The notes under the pieces were generated by a model. The model searched no databases. It was given only the letters and a program-made list of their open reading frames with translations, and had not been told where the DNA came from. The translations under genes and the position numbers were made by a program. From Spirochaetia bacterium (GTDB lineage: Bacteria; Spirochaetota; Spirochaetia; SZUA-6; Bin103), in the NCBI GenBank assembly GCA_965203905.1, contig CBDBDQ010000005.1, positions 96,001 to 160,000 on the forward strand: DNA of 64,000 nucleotides, given 5' to 3'. This document shows positions 9,446 to 18,530 of this stretch, piece after piece. Numbering within the stretch: the stretch's first letter is position 1; each line of letters begins with the position of its first letter.

Positions 9446-10473
9446 AGAGCCGCGTCGCATCGTTGGTGGTCGGCGGCGTGCTGGGCCTGCAGCGCCCAGC
9501 GCGATGCGCTCAGCACGTCGCCGCTGCTCAGCGCGCGCGGCGCGCCGCCGGCTATCTCGGTGAGGAAGTCGTCCAGGTAGCAGTCCGGCTCCGCGGCGAG
9601 CGGAGCGAACAGCTCGCCGCTCTCGGCACCGCCGCGCCACAGCCGCACGGCGTTGTCCTGCACCGCCGTCTCCGCCAGGCCGCCGTCGCCGTGGATGGTA
9701 AAGCGCCAGTACTGCGGTACCCGGTAGCCCTGCCCGTCCGGCCCCAGGTAGGAGAGGTCGCCGAGCACGCCGACGCCGCCTTCCAGCTCCAGCATCATCT
9801 GCGCCGCCACCTGGAAGTGAGGGTGCTGCGGCAGCCGCTCGTTCCAGCAGCGCGCCGCCAGCACCCGGCGCGGCACCCGGCCGACCAGCCACGGCAGCAC
9901 GTCGAAGGCGTGGATGGCGATGTCGTTGATGGTGCCGCCGTGCTTGCCCGGCTCGAAGTACCAGCCGGGCCGCTGACCGTAACTGAGCGGGTGCTGCGCC
10001 AGAAAGGTCACCGTATGCACGGTCCCGATCGCCCCGTCGGCAAGCAGCGCACGCAACTGCCGCAGGTTGCCGTTGCCGCGGTTGCCGAGCATGCAGCCCA
10101 CCACGGGGGTGCCCGGGCCGCTGCTCAAGGCGGCGATCCGGTCCAGTTCGGAGAGGTCGACGCAGATCGGCTTGTCCAGCAGCACGTGCTTCCCCATCTC
10201 CAGCGCCCTGATCGCCAGGCCGCCGCGGCGCGCGTAGTAGTCGCCCACCGCCAGCACGTCGAACTGCTCCGGCTCGGCCAGCAACTCTGCGACGGTGCGG
10301 TGGGTGAACTCCACGCCACGCGCATGCGCGGCTGCTGCCGCGTCTGCGTTGTCCTCGGCGGCGGCGACCAGCTCCGCATCGTCGCGCGCGCCCAGGGCCG
10401 CCACCAGCTCGAATATGTGGAAGTGACGCACGCCAGCCAGGGCGAACCGCACCGGTCGCCCGGTGTCAGGCAT
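9442..10473 (-). CDS. Gfo/Idh/MocA family oxidoreductase
   Basis: GKHVLLDKP, GGTINDIAIHAFD. Confidence 0.9.
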   Translation of the reverse strand: MPDTGRPVRFALAGVRHFHIFELVAALGARDDAELVAAAEDNADAAAAAHARGVEFTHRTVAELLAEPEQFDVLAVGDYYARRGGLAIRALEMGKHVLLDKPICVDLSELDRIAALSSGPGTPVVGCMLGNRGNGNLRQLRALLADGAIGTVHTVTFLAQHPLSYGQRPGWYFEPGKHGGTINDIAIHAFDVLPWLVGRVPRRVLAARCWNERLPQHPHFQVAAQMMLELEGGVGVLGDLSYLGPDGQGYRVPQYWRFTIHGDGGLAETAVQDNAVRLWRGGAESGELFAPLAAEPDCYLDDFLTEIAGGAPRALSSGDVLSASRWALQAQHAADHQRCDAAL

Positions 10474-11248
10474 CGGGATTCGGGTAGCCGGGCCGGTTGA
10501 AGTATGCGTTGTCGACGAAGCCGCTCGCCGAAGTGACGTCGGCGGCCGCCCAGTGGGTGGCGTAGCCGCGGCGCCAGCGCTGCGACCGGTTGACGTGCGA
10601 GGTGTGCAACGTATGGCTGTGGTGCAGCACCACCCCGCCGATGCCGACCGGAGCGATCGACTCGCGGGTCCCCGAGAGAACGCGCTCGATCACCTCGGGC
10701 GGCGGCACCTTGTTGTGCGGCTCTCCCGGCACCAGCTCGTGCGGCAGGATCGGCTGGCGATGCGAGCCGTCGATGTAGCGCAGGCAGCCGTTCTCCTCGT
10801 CGACGTCGTCGAGCGCGATCCACGCCGTCACCACGTGATCGCCGGGGTCGCACCGGAAGTAGGCGTTGTCCTGGTGGTACGGCTTGGCGCTGCCGATCTC
10901 CGGCGGCTTCATGAGTATCTGGTCGGTGGCCAGCTCCACAGGGGCGCCGATCACCGCTTCCAGCAGGGCGCGCAGCCGTGGATCGAACACCAGGGCACGG
11001 AACCCCGCGTGGCGGGTATAGGGACTGCCGATCTTGCGCGGCGCACTGGCGCCGGATGCGGCGCGGTCGAACAGGTAGTCGCCCACCTCGGAAGCCGGAG
11101 TGCGCTGCAGGTCCCGATAGCCGATCTCCTGCGCCAGCGCCGCGACCTCTGCCGCGCGCTCCACGGAGAATACCCCTTCCACCACGGTCCAGCCGCGTTC
11201 CCAGTAGCGCCGCTTTGCCTCGGCCCAGTGCTGCTCCTGATCGCTCAA
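10466..11248 (-). CDS. PhyH-family Fe(II)/2-oxoglutarate dioxygenase
   Basis: PYHQDN, WIALDD, NGCLRYIDGSH, LHTS..NRS...RR. Confidence 0.92.
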   Translation of the reverse strand: MSDQEQHWAEAKRRYWERGWTVVEGVFSVERAAEVAALAQEIGYRDLQRTPASEVGDYLFDRAASGASAPRKIGSPYTRHAGFRALVFDPRLRALLEAVIGAPVELATDQILMKPPEIGSAKPYHQDNAYFRCDPGDHVVTAWIALDDVDEENGCLRYIDGSHRQPILPHELVPGEPHNKVPPPEVIERVLSGTRESIAPVGIGGVVLHHSHTLHTSHVNRSQRWRRGYATHWAAADVTSASGFVDNAYFNRPGYPNPDA

Positions 11249-11252
11249 GCGT

Positions 11253-11612
11253 TCATCCCTCCGATTCGGGCTCCGGAGTAAGGCGGTACCAGAAACGGTC
11301 GCTGATGATCAGTCCGTCCTGAAACGTGAACAGCGCCACCCCCGTGCGATACCGGTGCTCTCCCAAATAGTGGGACACCTCCACCGCGGCGCGGTCTCCC
11401 TCGATGATGATGTGCTCGACCTCGACCCGGAAATCGCTCTGCCCGGCGAGCTGATCGGCCAGGATCCTCTTGTGCTCGTCGGCGCTCTTGCTGCCGGCGT
11501 CGTAGTGCGCATAGTGCGGGTGCAGCACCTCGTCGATCACGGCGAGGTTGCGTTGGTTGAATACCTCTTCATGGAAGCGCATCAACACGGTGCGATGAGC
11601 TTCTACCGACAC
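11253..11612 (-). CDS. SnoaL/NTF2-like ester cyclase domain protein
   Basis: RFHEEVFNQRNLAVIDEVLHP, IIIEGDRAAV, FTFQDGLI; start uncertain. Confidence 0.8.
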   Translation of the reverse strand: MSVEAHRTVLMRFHEEVFNQRNLAVIDEVLHPHYAHYDAGSKSADEHKRILADQLAGQSDFRVEVEHIIIEGDRAAVEVSHYLGEHRYRTGVALFTFQDGLIISDRFWYRLTPEPESEG

Positions 11613-11682
11613 GTGGGCTTCCACTCCATGATGCAATGGTGACACAGCGTCCTCCGCAGTGCAACGTGGCGTGCCCACGCGT

Positions 11683-13137
11683 TCACGCGCACCAGGCGTA
11701 GGGGCCGGGGCCGGTTCTCGATACCAGCTCCGCGATCCGGCGCCGCATCGAGGCCACGCGGCCGGAATGCGCCGGCACCGCGGCCAGGTTGTGCATCTCG
11801 CGCGGGTCGGCGCCCAGGTCGTACAGCTCGTCGATGTCGTGCCGGTTGCGCACGTACTTCCAGTCGCCCTCGCGCAGCATCACGTGCGCGGCGAGCTGGT
11901 CCGGTGCCAGGTTGCCGTGCTCCATCGCCTCCTGGCTGGTGATGCCGGCGATCTCCGCCAGCACCGGGGCCGGCTCCGGCTCGGCGCCGCGGCGCAGCGC
12001 AGCTGCCAGCGACCGGCCGTCCAGCGGCGCGGGCAGGGGCGCCCCGGCCAGGTCCAGAAGGGTCGGCATCAGGTCCACGCCACCGACCGGGAAGTGCACT
12101 TCGCCGCCGGCGGGCAGCCCGGCCGGCCACGCCAGGATGCACGGCACCCGCACCGACTCCTCGTACATCAGGCACTTCTCCACGAAGCCGTGGTCGCCGA
12201 GCATCTCGCCGTGGTCGCTGCTGAACACCACGACGGTGTCGTCGGCAAGGCCGAGCCGCCGCAGATGGCCCAGCAGCCGTCCCATCTCGGTATCGATGTG
12301 GGTAATCAAGGCGTAGTAGTGCGCGAACATGCGCCGGTACGAGCGGTCGTCGAGCGTGCGGGGCGGGATGCGGAACTTCGCATCGTGCTGGTAGCGCGGC
12401 TTGCCGGCCAGCGGGTCGTGCCGGGTCGCCGGCAGGGGCACTTCCTGTTCCGGGTAGCGTGCGAGCAGATCCGGCATGACCATCATCTCCGGGTGCGGAT
12501 CCTTCACCCCGCACAACAGGAAGAAGGGCGCGCCGGCCAGGCCGTCGAGCAGCTCGATGGCGCGGTCCACGGTCCAGGTGGTGCGCTGCTGGCGTGGATC
12601 GCCGATGGTGCCGAAGGGCAGCGTGTTGGGCCCGTAGCGCTGTACCTCCGGGGCGCCGTGGCGGTAGGGGTTGGACACGCCGCAGTCGGCGAAGTAGCGC
12701 ACCAGCGGATCGTCCGGGTCGCGGTGGTAGCGGTAGGTGACCCAGCCGGCGTCGAAGCCGTGCTGCGGGTGCTCGTCATCGCCGAGGTGCCACACTCCTA
12801 CGTTGGCGCAGCGATAGCCCTCAGCCGCCAGCACGTCGCCCATGGTCACGGTCTCCGCGCGCATCCGGCAGCCGGGCCGGTCGGCGCGCTTCGGCCCGTA
12901 GTTGGCCAGTTGCCCGGTGGCATGCGGGTAGAGGCCGCTCAGCCAGCTCGCGCGCGCCGGCGAGCACACCGGCGAAGCGCAGTAGGCGTTGCGCAGTACC
13001 ACCCCGCGCCGCGCCAGGGCGTCGATGTTGGGGGTGTGCACGTAGCCGCTGCCGGTACAGCCGAGCGCATCCCAGCGCAGCTGATCGCACATTACCCAAA
13101 GTATGTTGGGCCGCCGCGCCGCGGCCGGCGACTGCAT
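11683..13137 (-). CDS. Cys-type formylglycine-dependent sulfatase
   Basis: PNILWVMCDQ, CSPARAS (CxPxR), SDHGEMLGDHG; SD before ATG 13137. Confidence 0.93.
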   Translation of the reverse strand: MQSPAAARRPNILWVMCDQLRWDALGCTGSGYVHTPNIDALARRGVVLRNAYCASPVCSPARASWLSGLYPHATGQLANYGPKRADRPGCRMRAETVTMGDVLAAEGYRCANVGVWHLGDDEHPQHGFDAGWVTYRYHRDPDDPLVRYFADCGVSNPYRHGAPEVQRYGPNTLPFGTIGDPRQQRTTWTVDRAIELLDGLAGAPFFLLCGVKDPHPEMMVMPDLLARYPEQEVPLPATRHDPLAGKPRYQHDAKFRIPPRTLDDRSYRRMFAHYYALITHIDTEMGRLLGHLRRLGLADDTVVVFSSDHGEMLGDHGFVEKCLMYEESVRVPCILAWPAGLPAGGEVHFPVGGVDLMPTLLDLAGAPLPAPLDGRSLAAALRRGAEPEPAPVLAEIAGITSQEAMEHGNLAPDQLAAHVMLREGDWKYVRNRHDIDELYDLGADPREMHNLAAVPAHSGRVASMRRRIAELVSRTGPGPYAWCA

Positions 13138-13306
13138 TGCAGGACTCTCCTGGGGCAGCCGGCGGTTCGACACGCGTTCCGGGGGCGCCGGGACGTTGAC
13201 CCAGGTGGGCGGCGCCGGTAGCGTGGCGTGGCGGTGGGGCTGCCTTGGCTACCCTAACCCACAACTATCCCGGCGCGCCACGGCGCGCGGAACATGAGGA
13301 CAACGG

Positions 13307-14134
13307 ATGTACGACTTGCAGGGTCAGGTGGCGCTGGTTACCGGCGCCGGAGGCGAGCATGGGATCGGCCGCGCGATCGCCCGGCGCTTGGCCGCGGAGG
13401 GAGCGGACGTGGTGGTCAACGACTTCGTCACGCGCCCCTACCCCGACGCCGAGTGGGGCGGCCTCGACGCGGCCGTCGCCGAGATCGAGACGCTGGGCCG
13501 GCGTGCCGCGGCAGTGGTGGCGGATGTCGGCGACCCGCAGCAGGTAGACCGCATGGTGGCCGAGGCGCTCGACAAGATGGGCCGCATCGACATCCTGGTG
13601 AACAACGCCGGCGCGCTCGCCGGCCGCGACCGGGTGCCGGTGGTGGAGTTGGAGGTGGACCTGTGGGACGCTGTGCAGCGGGTCAACGTTCGCGGCACCT
13701 ACCTGTGCTCGCGCGCGGTCGCGCGCCACATGCTGGAACGGGGCGGCGGCGGGCGGGTGATCAACATCTCGTCGGTCGCCGGCAAGCGCGGCAGCCCCCG
13801 TTACTCCGCCTACAATGCCTCCAAGTTCGCCGTGATCGGCTTCACCCAGGCGCTTGCCCACGAGCTCGGTTCGGCGAGCATCACCGTGAATGCGCTCTGC
13901 CCCGGCCTGGTGCAGACGGAGCGGGTTGCGCCGCTCGCCGCGGCCGCGTTCCCCGACCTGGACGCGGAGACGGGGCTGCACAAGTTCGAGGCCCAATACC
14001 AGGCGGGGAATCCCCTCGGGCGCATCGCCGATCCCCTCGACGTCGCCAACGCGGCGGCGTTCCTGGCCTCCCGGGAGGCCGCGTACCTCACCGGCATCGC
14101 GATGAACGTGTGCGGTGGAGTGAACATGGACTGA
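13307..14134 (+). CDS. short-chain dehydrogenase/reductase
   Basis: VTGAG..GIG, NNAG, YNASK. Confidence 0.95.
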   Translation: MYDLQGQVALVTGAGGEHGIGRAIARRLAAEGADVVVNDFVTRPYPDAEWGGLDAAVAEIETLGRRAAAVVADVGDPQQVDRMVAEALDKMGRIDILVNNAGALAGRDRVPVVELEVDLWDAVQRVNVRGTYLCSRAVARHMLERGGGGRVINISSVAGKRGSPRYSAYNASKFAVIGFTQALAHELGSASITVNALCPGLVQTERVAPLAAAAFPDLDAETGLHKFEAQYQAGNPLGRIADPLDVANAAAFLASREAAYLTGIAMNVCGGVNMD

Positions 14135-14155
14135 GTCGAAGACCGGAGGCACTAC

Positions 14156-15289
14156 ATGTACGACCATCTTGCCACCCTCGCCGGCGGCCGCACCGGGCGG
14201 GTCTCCTCGTGGGACACCAGCGGCCGCAACCAGGACCGGTGGCTCCTGAAGCCGGGGGAGACGCGGGTGCTCGCCGACCTGGAAGGCCCCGGCGTCATCA
14301 CTCACCTCTGGTTCACCCAGCGCGACCACTACCGCGAGTGCCTGCTGCGCATCACCTGGGACGATGCGCCCTCCCCCAGCGTGCTGGTGCCGCTCGGCGA
14401 CTTCTTCGGCCTTGGCCACGGTATTGTCAACAGCTACCAGTCGGCGCTGTTCACCGCCTCGACCAAGTGGAACAACCGCTTCAACGAGGGCTGCGCCCTC
14501 AACAGCTACGTCCCCATGCCGTTCCGGCGCCGGGCCCTGGTGGAACTGGTCAACGAGAGCGACGAGGAGCACCTGCAGTACTTCTACCTCGACTACGAAC
14601 GGCTGCCGGAGCCGCGCGCGGAGGCGGGCTACCTGCACGCCGAGTTCCGCCGCACCAACCCGTTCGGCGGCTGGGGACACGAGATTCGCGTCAACACGCC
14701 GGAGGCCAACGTCGTCAACCGCGAGCGGGAGGCGTGGGACAACAACTACGTGATCCTGGAGACCAGCGGGCGCGGGCACTACCTCGGCTGCAACCTGTCG
14801 GTGACCAACTTCCAGGGCACCTGGTGGGGCGAAGGCGACGACATGATCTGGGTGGACGGTTACCGCTGGCCCCCGGACCTGCACGGCACCGGCAGCGAAG
14901 ACTACCTGAACCAGGCGTGGGGCATGCAGGACAACGCCTTTCTGCGCAACGGCTCGTCGATCTACGAGCACAACACCGGCGGCTACCAGACCAGCTACGT
15001 GCTGCACCTGGAGAACCCGGTGCGCTTCCAGCGGGAGATCAAGGTGACCATCGAGCACGGCCACGGCAACCACCTGGCCAACGAGATGGCCTCCACCGCC
15101 TACTGGTACGCCGCTGCACCGACCGCCGCCGCCGCGCCGCCGCTGGTGGCCGCGCGCCTGCCCGTACTGCGCGACAACCAGGGCCGCTGGCTGCACGACC
15201 GGGCGCGCCGCCACCCGGGCCGCGCCGTGCCGCTGAACGCCGAGATGACCGCGATGAAGGCGCGCGCGGCGCAGGCCGCCGAGGAATAG
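14156..15289 (+). CDS. DUF2961 / GH172 family glycoside hydrolase
   Basis: GPGVITHLW, VPLGDFFG, WWGEGDD, HGTGSEDY. Confidence 0.9.
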   Translation: MYDHLATLAGGRTGRVSSWDTSGRNQDRWLLKPGETRVLADLEGPGVITHLWFTQRDHYRECLLRITWDDAPSPSVLVPLGDFFGLGHGIVNSYQSALFTASTKWNNRFNEGCALNSYVPMPFRRRALVELVNESDEEHLQYFYLDYERLPEPRAEAGYLHAEFRRTNPFGGWGHEIRVNTPEANVVNREREAWDNNYVILETSGRGHYLGCNLSVTNFQGTWWGEGDDMIWVDGYRWPPDLHGTGSEDYLNQAWGMQDNAFLRNGSSIYEHNTGGYQTSYVLHLENPVRFQREIKVTIEHGHGNHLANEMASTAYWYAAAPTAAAAPPLVAARLPVLRDNQGRWLHDRARRHPGRAVPLNAEMTAMKARAAQAAEE

Positions 15290-15353
15290 CGGGTGCCGCG
15301 CGCCACAATAACGGTCGCTGCGCGCACCGCGGAGCTGGTGAGGTACGACGCAG

Positions 15354-15849
15354 GATATTGCCTTCAGCACGCTGAACTTCGCAGCACTGTCGTGGCTGCT
15401 GTCGGTCACAACTGAATCTCCGCTGTGGTTACGAGTTTTCGTTTGGGATCGGCGTGTTCATCGGTGCTCCGGCTGCGTGGCCAATACTGATTCGCTCAAC
15501 ACTCAACTTACGTGCGCTGCGCGGGCGTATCATCCACCCTGACCCCTTGGCTTGGGACTATTTCTTTCGCAAAGGACACTCGTGTTTCGTCCTTATACAT
15601 CTCAAAGACGGCAAAGTAATCGGCGGGTTGTATAACGGTGAGTCGTTTGCTTCTTCCTATCCCGAGTCTCAAGACATCTATCTTGTTGAGGTGTGGAAAG
15701 TGGATGAGCACGGACGCTTTCAATCGAGAATCGAAGCGACCATGGGAGCACTTGTCAACCACGAGGTCATTGACTACCTTGAATTCTACGCAGTAGGAGG
15801 ATCTTCGAATGAAGGATCGGAAGAACACACCACGGCAGAGAGTCGATGA
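15354..15849 (+). pseudogene. DUF6338-like membrane protein, 5'-truncated and frameshifted
   Basis: AWDYFF, HLKDGKVIGG, SFASSYP..DIYLVEVW; an upstream hydrophobic frame (DIAFSTLNFAALSWLL) joins through a frameshift near 15448; AT-richer than the flanks. Confidence 0.65.
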
Positions 15850-15982
15850 TTGGCCACTTCATCGAAGGGGCTACACCCCGAAGACCACCGTTCCTCCAGA
15901 GAAAATAGTTCCACCCAAGGGAGGGACGGGCGAGACTACGCTGGCGACGGACCCTCCTCCACAGCAATCCAAGAAGGACTGA
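15809..15982 (+). CDS. 57-aa Pro/Gly-rich peptide (GYTP...PPKGGTG)
   Basis: Below the ORF-track cutoff; SD AGGAGG at 15795-15800, ATG 15809, TGA 15980-15982. Confidence 0.6.
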   Translation: MKDRKNTPRQRVDDWPLHRRGYTPKTTVPPEKIVPPKGGTGETTLATDPPPQQSKKD

Positions 15983-16029
15983 CCCGGACCTATGGTCGGC
16001 ACTGAGGCTCGGTGCTCTCAGCGACTGCA

Positions 16030-16959
16030 ATGGGCAGCGACTTAGCCGATCAATCATTTCTGGCGTTCGGCGACGAGGCGGCCGGACTGACGCCGGCTCT
16101 GAAGCCGGTGCTGCCGGCGGACGTGGAGCGACGGTTGAACGAGCCGCCGCCGAGGTCGATAAGCGAGTTTCTGGCCGAGCCCTACGCGCTCGCCAAGGAG
16201 CAGGTCGAGTACTATCGGGAGCACGGGTTCGTGAAACTGGAGCAGGTGATCTCGGGCGAGCCGTTGCGCTACTTCCGGGAGATGATCGGCTACGCCGTCG
16301 GCCATTACTTCGCCGACGACGACCGCGTCCCGGCGGACAAGCGGGTGTACGAACGCAGCTTCCTGCAGGCGGTCAACCTGGGGGCGATCTATCCGGCGAT
16401 CCGGCCGTTCGCCCATGCCTTCCGCTTCGCCGACCTGGCGCGCCGGTTGATGGGGATCGATGGAGTGCGGCTGTGGTTCGATCAGGCGCTCTACAAGCAG
16501 CCGGGTGGCCGGCTCACCGATTACCACAAGGACGCGGCGTTCTGGCCGGTACGGCCGGCAGCGCACACCACCACCATCTGGGTAGCGCTGGTGGACGTGC
16601 CGCGCGAGCGCGGCTGCATGGCGTTTGCCGCGGGCAGTCACCGCGCCGGGGACGACCCCGAGTTCGTCGACATCTTCAATGTCACGGAGGATCTCGCCCT
16701 GCCCGGCGAATTGGCATGGCAGTGGGTGCCGCTCGCCGCCGGCGACTGTACGTTCCACTCCGGCTGCGTCTACCACCGCGCCGATGCCAACCGCACCTCC
16801 GCTATGCGCGAGGCGATGACCGTCGCCTACGTGTCCGCCGCCGCTGTCTATGACTGGCCGGACTGGAACTCGCGGGTCGAGCATGCCCACGGCTTCGGCA
16901 CCGCCGGGCTGCGCCGCGGCGATCCGCTCAACAAGTCGAGCACCCCGCAACTGGCGTAG
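16030..16959 (+). CDS. PhyH-family Fe(II)/2-oxoglutarate dioxygenase
   Basis: YHKDAAFW, WVALVD, GCMAFAAGSH, YHRADAN...R. Confidence 0.92.
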   Translation: MGSDLADQSFLAFGDEAAGLTPALKPVLPADVERRLNEPPPRSISEFLAEPYALAKEQVEYYREHGFVKLEQVISGEPLRYFREMIGYAVGHYFADDDRVPADKRVYERSFLQAVNLGAIYPAIRPFAHAFRFADLARRLMGIDGVRLWFDQALYKQPGGRLTDYHKDAAFWPVRPAAHTTTIWVALVDVPRERGCMAFAAGSHRAGDDPEFVDIFNVTEDLALPGELAWQWVPLAAGDCTFHSGCVYHRADANRTSAMREAMTVAYVSAAAVYDWPDWNSRVEHAHGFGTAGLRRGDPLNKSSTPQLA

Positions 16960-16970
16960 GACAGGTTTAC

Positions 16971-17070
16971 TTGCGCGAACAAGCCTATGCGCAAGAATTG
17001 TTGCGTGTAGGCTTGTTAGTTGCGCGTATAGCCTCCATAGTTGCGCGTATGGTCTTACGCGCAACTATGG
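16971..17070. promoter_or_regulatory. operator-like array of TTGCGCGTA repeats and inverted repeats upstream of the Fic gene
   Basis: Perfect 15-bp inverted repeat CCATAGTTGCGCGTA-N6-TACGCGCAACTATGG (17035-17070); imperfect 17-bp inverted repeat 16978-17017; further copies at 16971 and 17020. Confidence 0.6.
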
Positions 17071-17079
17071 CGAGGTAAA

Positions 17080-18495
17080 GTGGCAAGGCAGGTACCGGAA
17101 GAGAGTCTTCAGGCTATCGAAGCGGTCTTGCGGCAGCACCCGGAGGGCAGGACGGCATCGCAGATCGAGGGCGCCCTGGTCCCTGCGCCGCCCCGGCGGA
17201 CCCTGCAATACCGCCTTAAGTCTCTCGTCGACAGCAAGCGCGTGATCAGGGATGGCGCGGGTCGATGGGCACGGTACCGCGTGCCGCGAACGACTCCGTT
17301 GGCGGCCCACGGAGACCTCGGCGATCTCGGCGGCAGTGTTCGGCTTGAAGTCGTGCCGGCGCTGTCGCAGACCGGTGCCGAGGTTCGGGAGCATGTCCGC
17401 CAGCCGCCGGCGGGGCGCCTACCGGTCGGCTACGACCGTGCATTCTTGGAATCGTATCGGCCCAACAAGGTCTTCTATCTCTCGCAGGCGGAACGAGAGC
17501 ACCTCCAGGACGTAGGGCGGCCGGTGGACGCCAACCAACCCGCCGGCACCTACGCCAGGCAAATCCTGAACCGGCTGTTGATCGATCTGTCCTGGAACTC
17601 GAGCCGCCTCGAGGGCAACACCTATTCGCTGCTCGATACCACGCGCCTGCTCGAACTTGGCGAGGAGACGGAGGGCAAGCAACAACGCGAAACGCAGATG
17701 ATCCTCAACCACAAGGCAGCGATCGAGTTTCTCGTCGAGGACGCAGGGATGACCGGCTTCGATCGCCGTACCATCCTCAATCTCCACGCACTGCTGGCGG
17801 ACAACCTGCTTCCCGATCCACGTGCGACGGGGCGGCTCCGCCATGGCACCGTCGGGATCGAGGGGTCGGTCTTTCATCCGCTGGAGACGCCGGCCGTGAT
17901 CGAAGAGTGCTTTGAACAGGTTCTTGCCACGGCCTCCGCGATCAGCGATCCGTTCGAGCAGGCATTCTTCGTGATGGTGCAGCTTCCCTATCTACAGCCG
18001 TTCGATGACGTCAACAAGCGCGTCTCGCGACTCGCTGCGAACATTCCACTGATCAAGGCGAACCTGGTGCCGTTGTCCTTCGAGGACGTACCGCGCGAAC
18101 TGTATACCGAGGCGATTCTCGGCGTGTACGAATTGAAGCGTATCGAATTGCTGCGCGACGTGTTCATCTGGGCCTACGGGCGATCCGCCGCCCGCTACGC
18201 CGCGGTACGGCAGTCCCTGGGCGAGCCGGACCCGTTTCGGTTGCGGCACCGCGCGGCGCTGCGCGAGGTGGTCGGTGCGGTGATTCGCGAGCGTATGGAC
18301 AAGAAACACGCCGCCGCCAGGATCACCGCGTGGACCCAGGAGCATGTCGATCAGCCGCAGCGCGAGCGGTTTCGGGACGTCGCCGAAAGGGAGCTGCTGA
18401 GCCTGCACGAGGGCAATTTCGCGCGCTACCGGGTCAGCCCGTCCGAGTTCGAGGCATGGCAGGAGGTCTGGACCAGCAAGGAGAGGCACGCGTAG
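17080..18495 (+). CDS. Fic family protein with N-terminal HTH
   Basis: N-terminal wHTH-like RRTLQYRLKSLV; SSRLEGN inhibitory motif; YLQPFDDVNKRVSR Fic loop. Confidence 0.9.
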   Translation: MARQVPEESLQAIEAVLRQHPEGRTASQIEGALVPAPPRRTLQYRLKSLVDSKRVIRDGAGRWARYRVPRTTPLAAHGDLGDLGGSVRLEVVPALSQTGAEVREHVRQPPAGRLPVGYDRAFLESYRPNKVFYLSQAEREHLQDVGRPVDANQPAGTYARQILNRLLIDLSWNSSRLEGNTYSLLDTTRLLELGEETEGKQQRETQMILNHKAAIEFLVEDAGMTGFDRRTILNLHALLADNLLPDPRATGRLRHGTVGIEGSVFHPLETPAVIEECFEQVLATASAISDPFEQAFFVMVQLPYLQPFDDVNKRVSRLAANIPLIKANLVPLSFEDVPRELYTEAILGVYELKRIELLRDVFIWAYGRSAARYAAVRQSLGEPDPFRLRHRAALREVVGAVIRERMDKKHAAARITAWTQEHVDQPQRERFRDVAERELLSLHEGNFARYRVSPSEFEAWQEVWTSKERHA

Positions 18496-18530
18496 ACACG
18501 CTGCCGCAGGGCCGCTATCACTCTCGGATC

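Noticed and set aside
16960-17075. CRISPR array or IS end at the repeat cluster
   Set aside because: Repeats are about 9-17 nt with no unique spacers, and there is no cas gene or transposase; an operator fits better.
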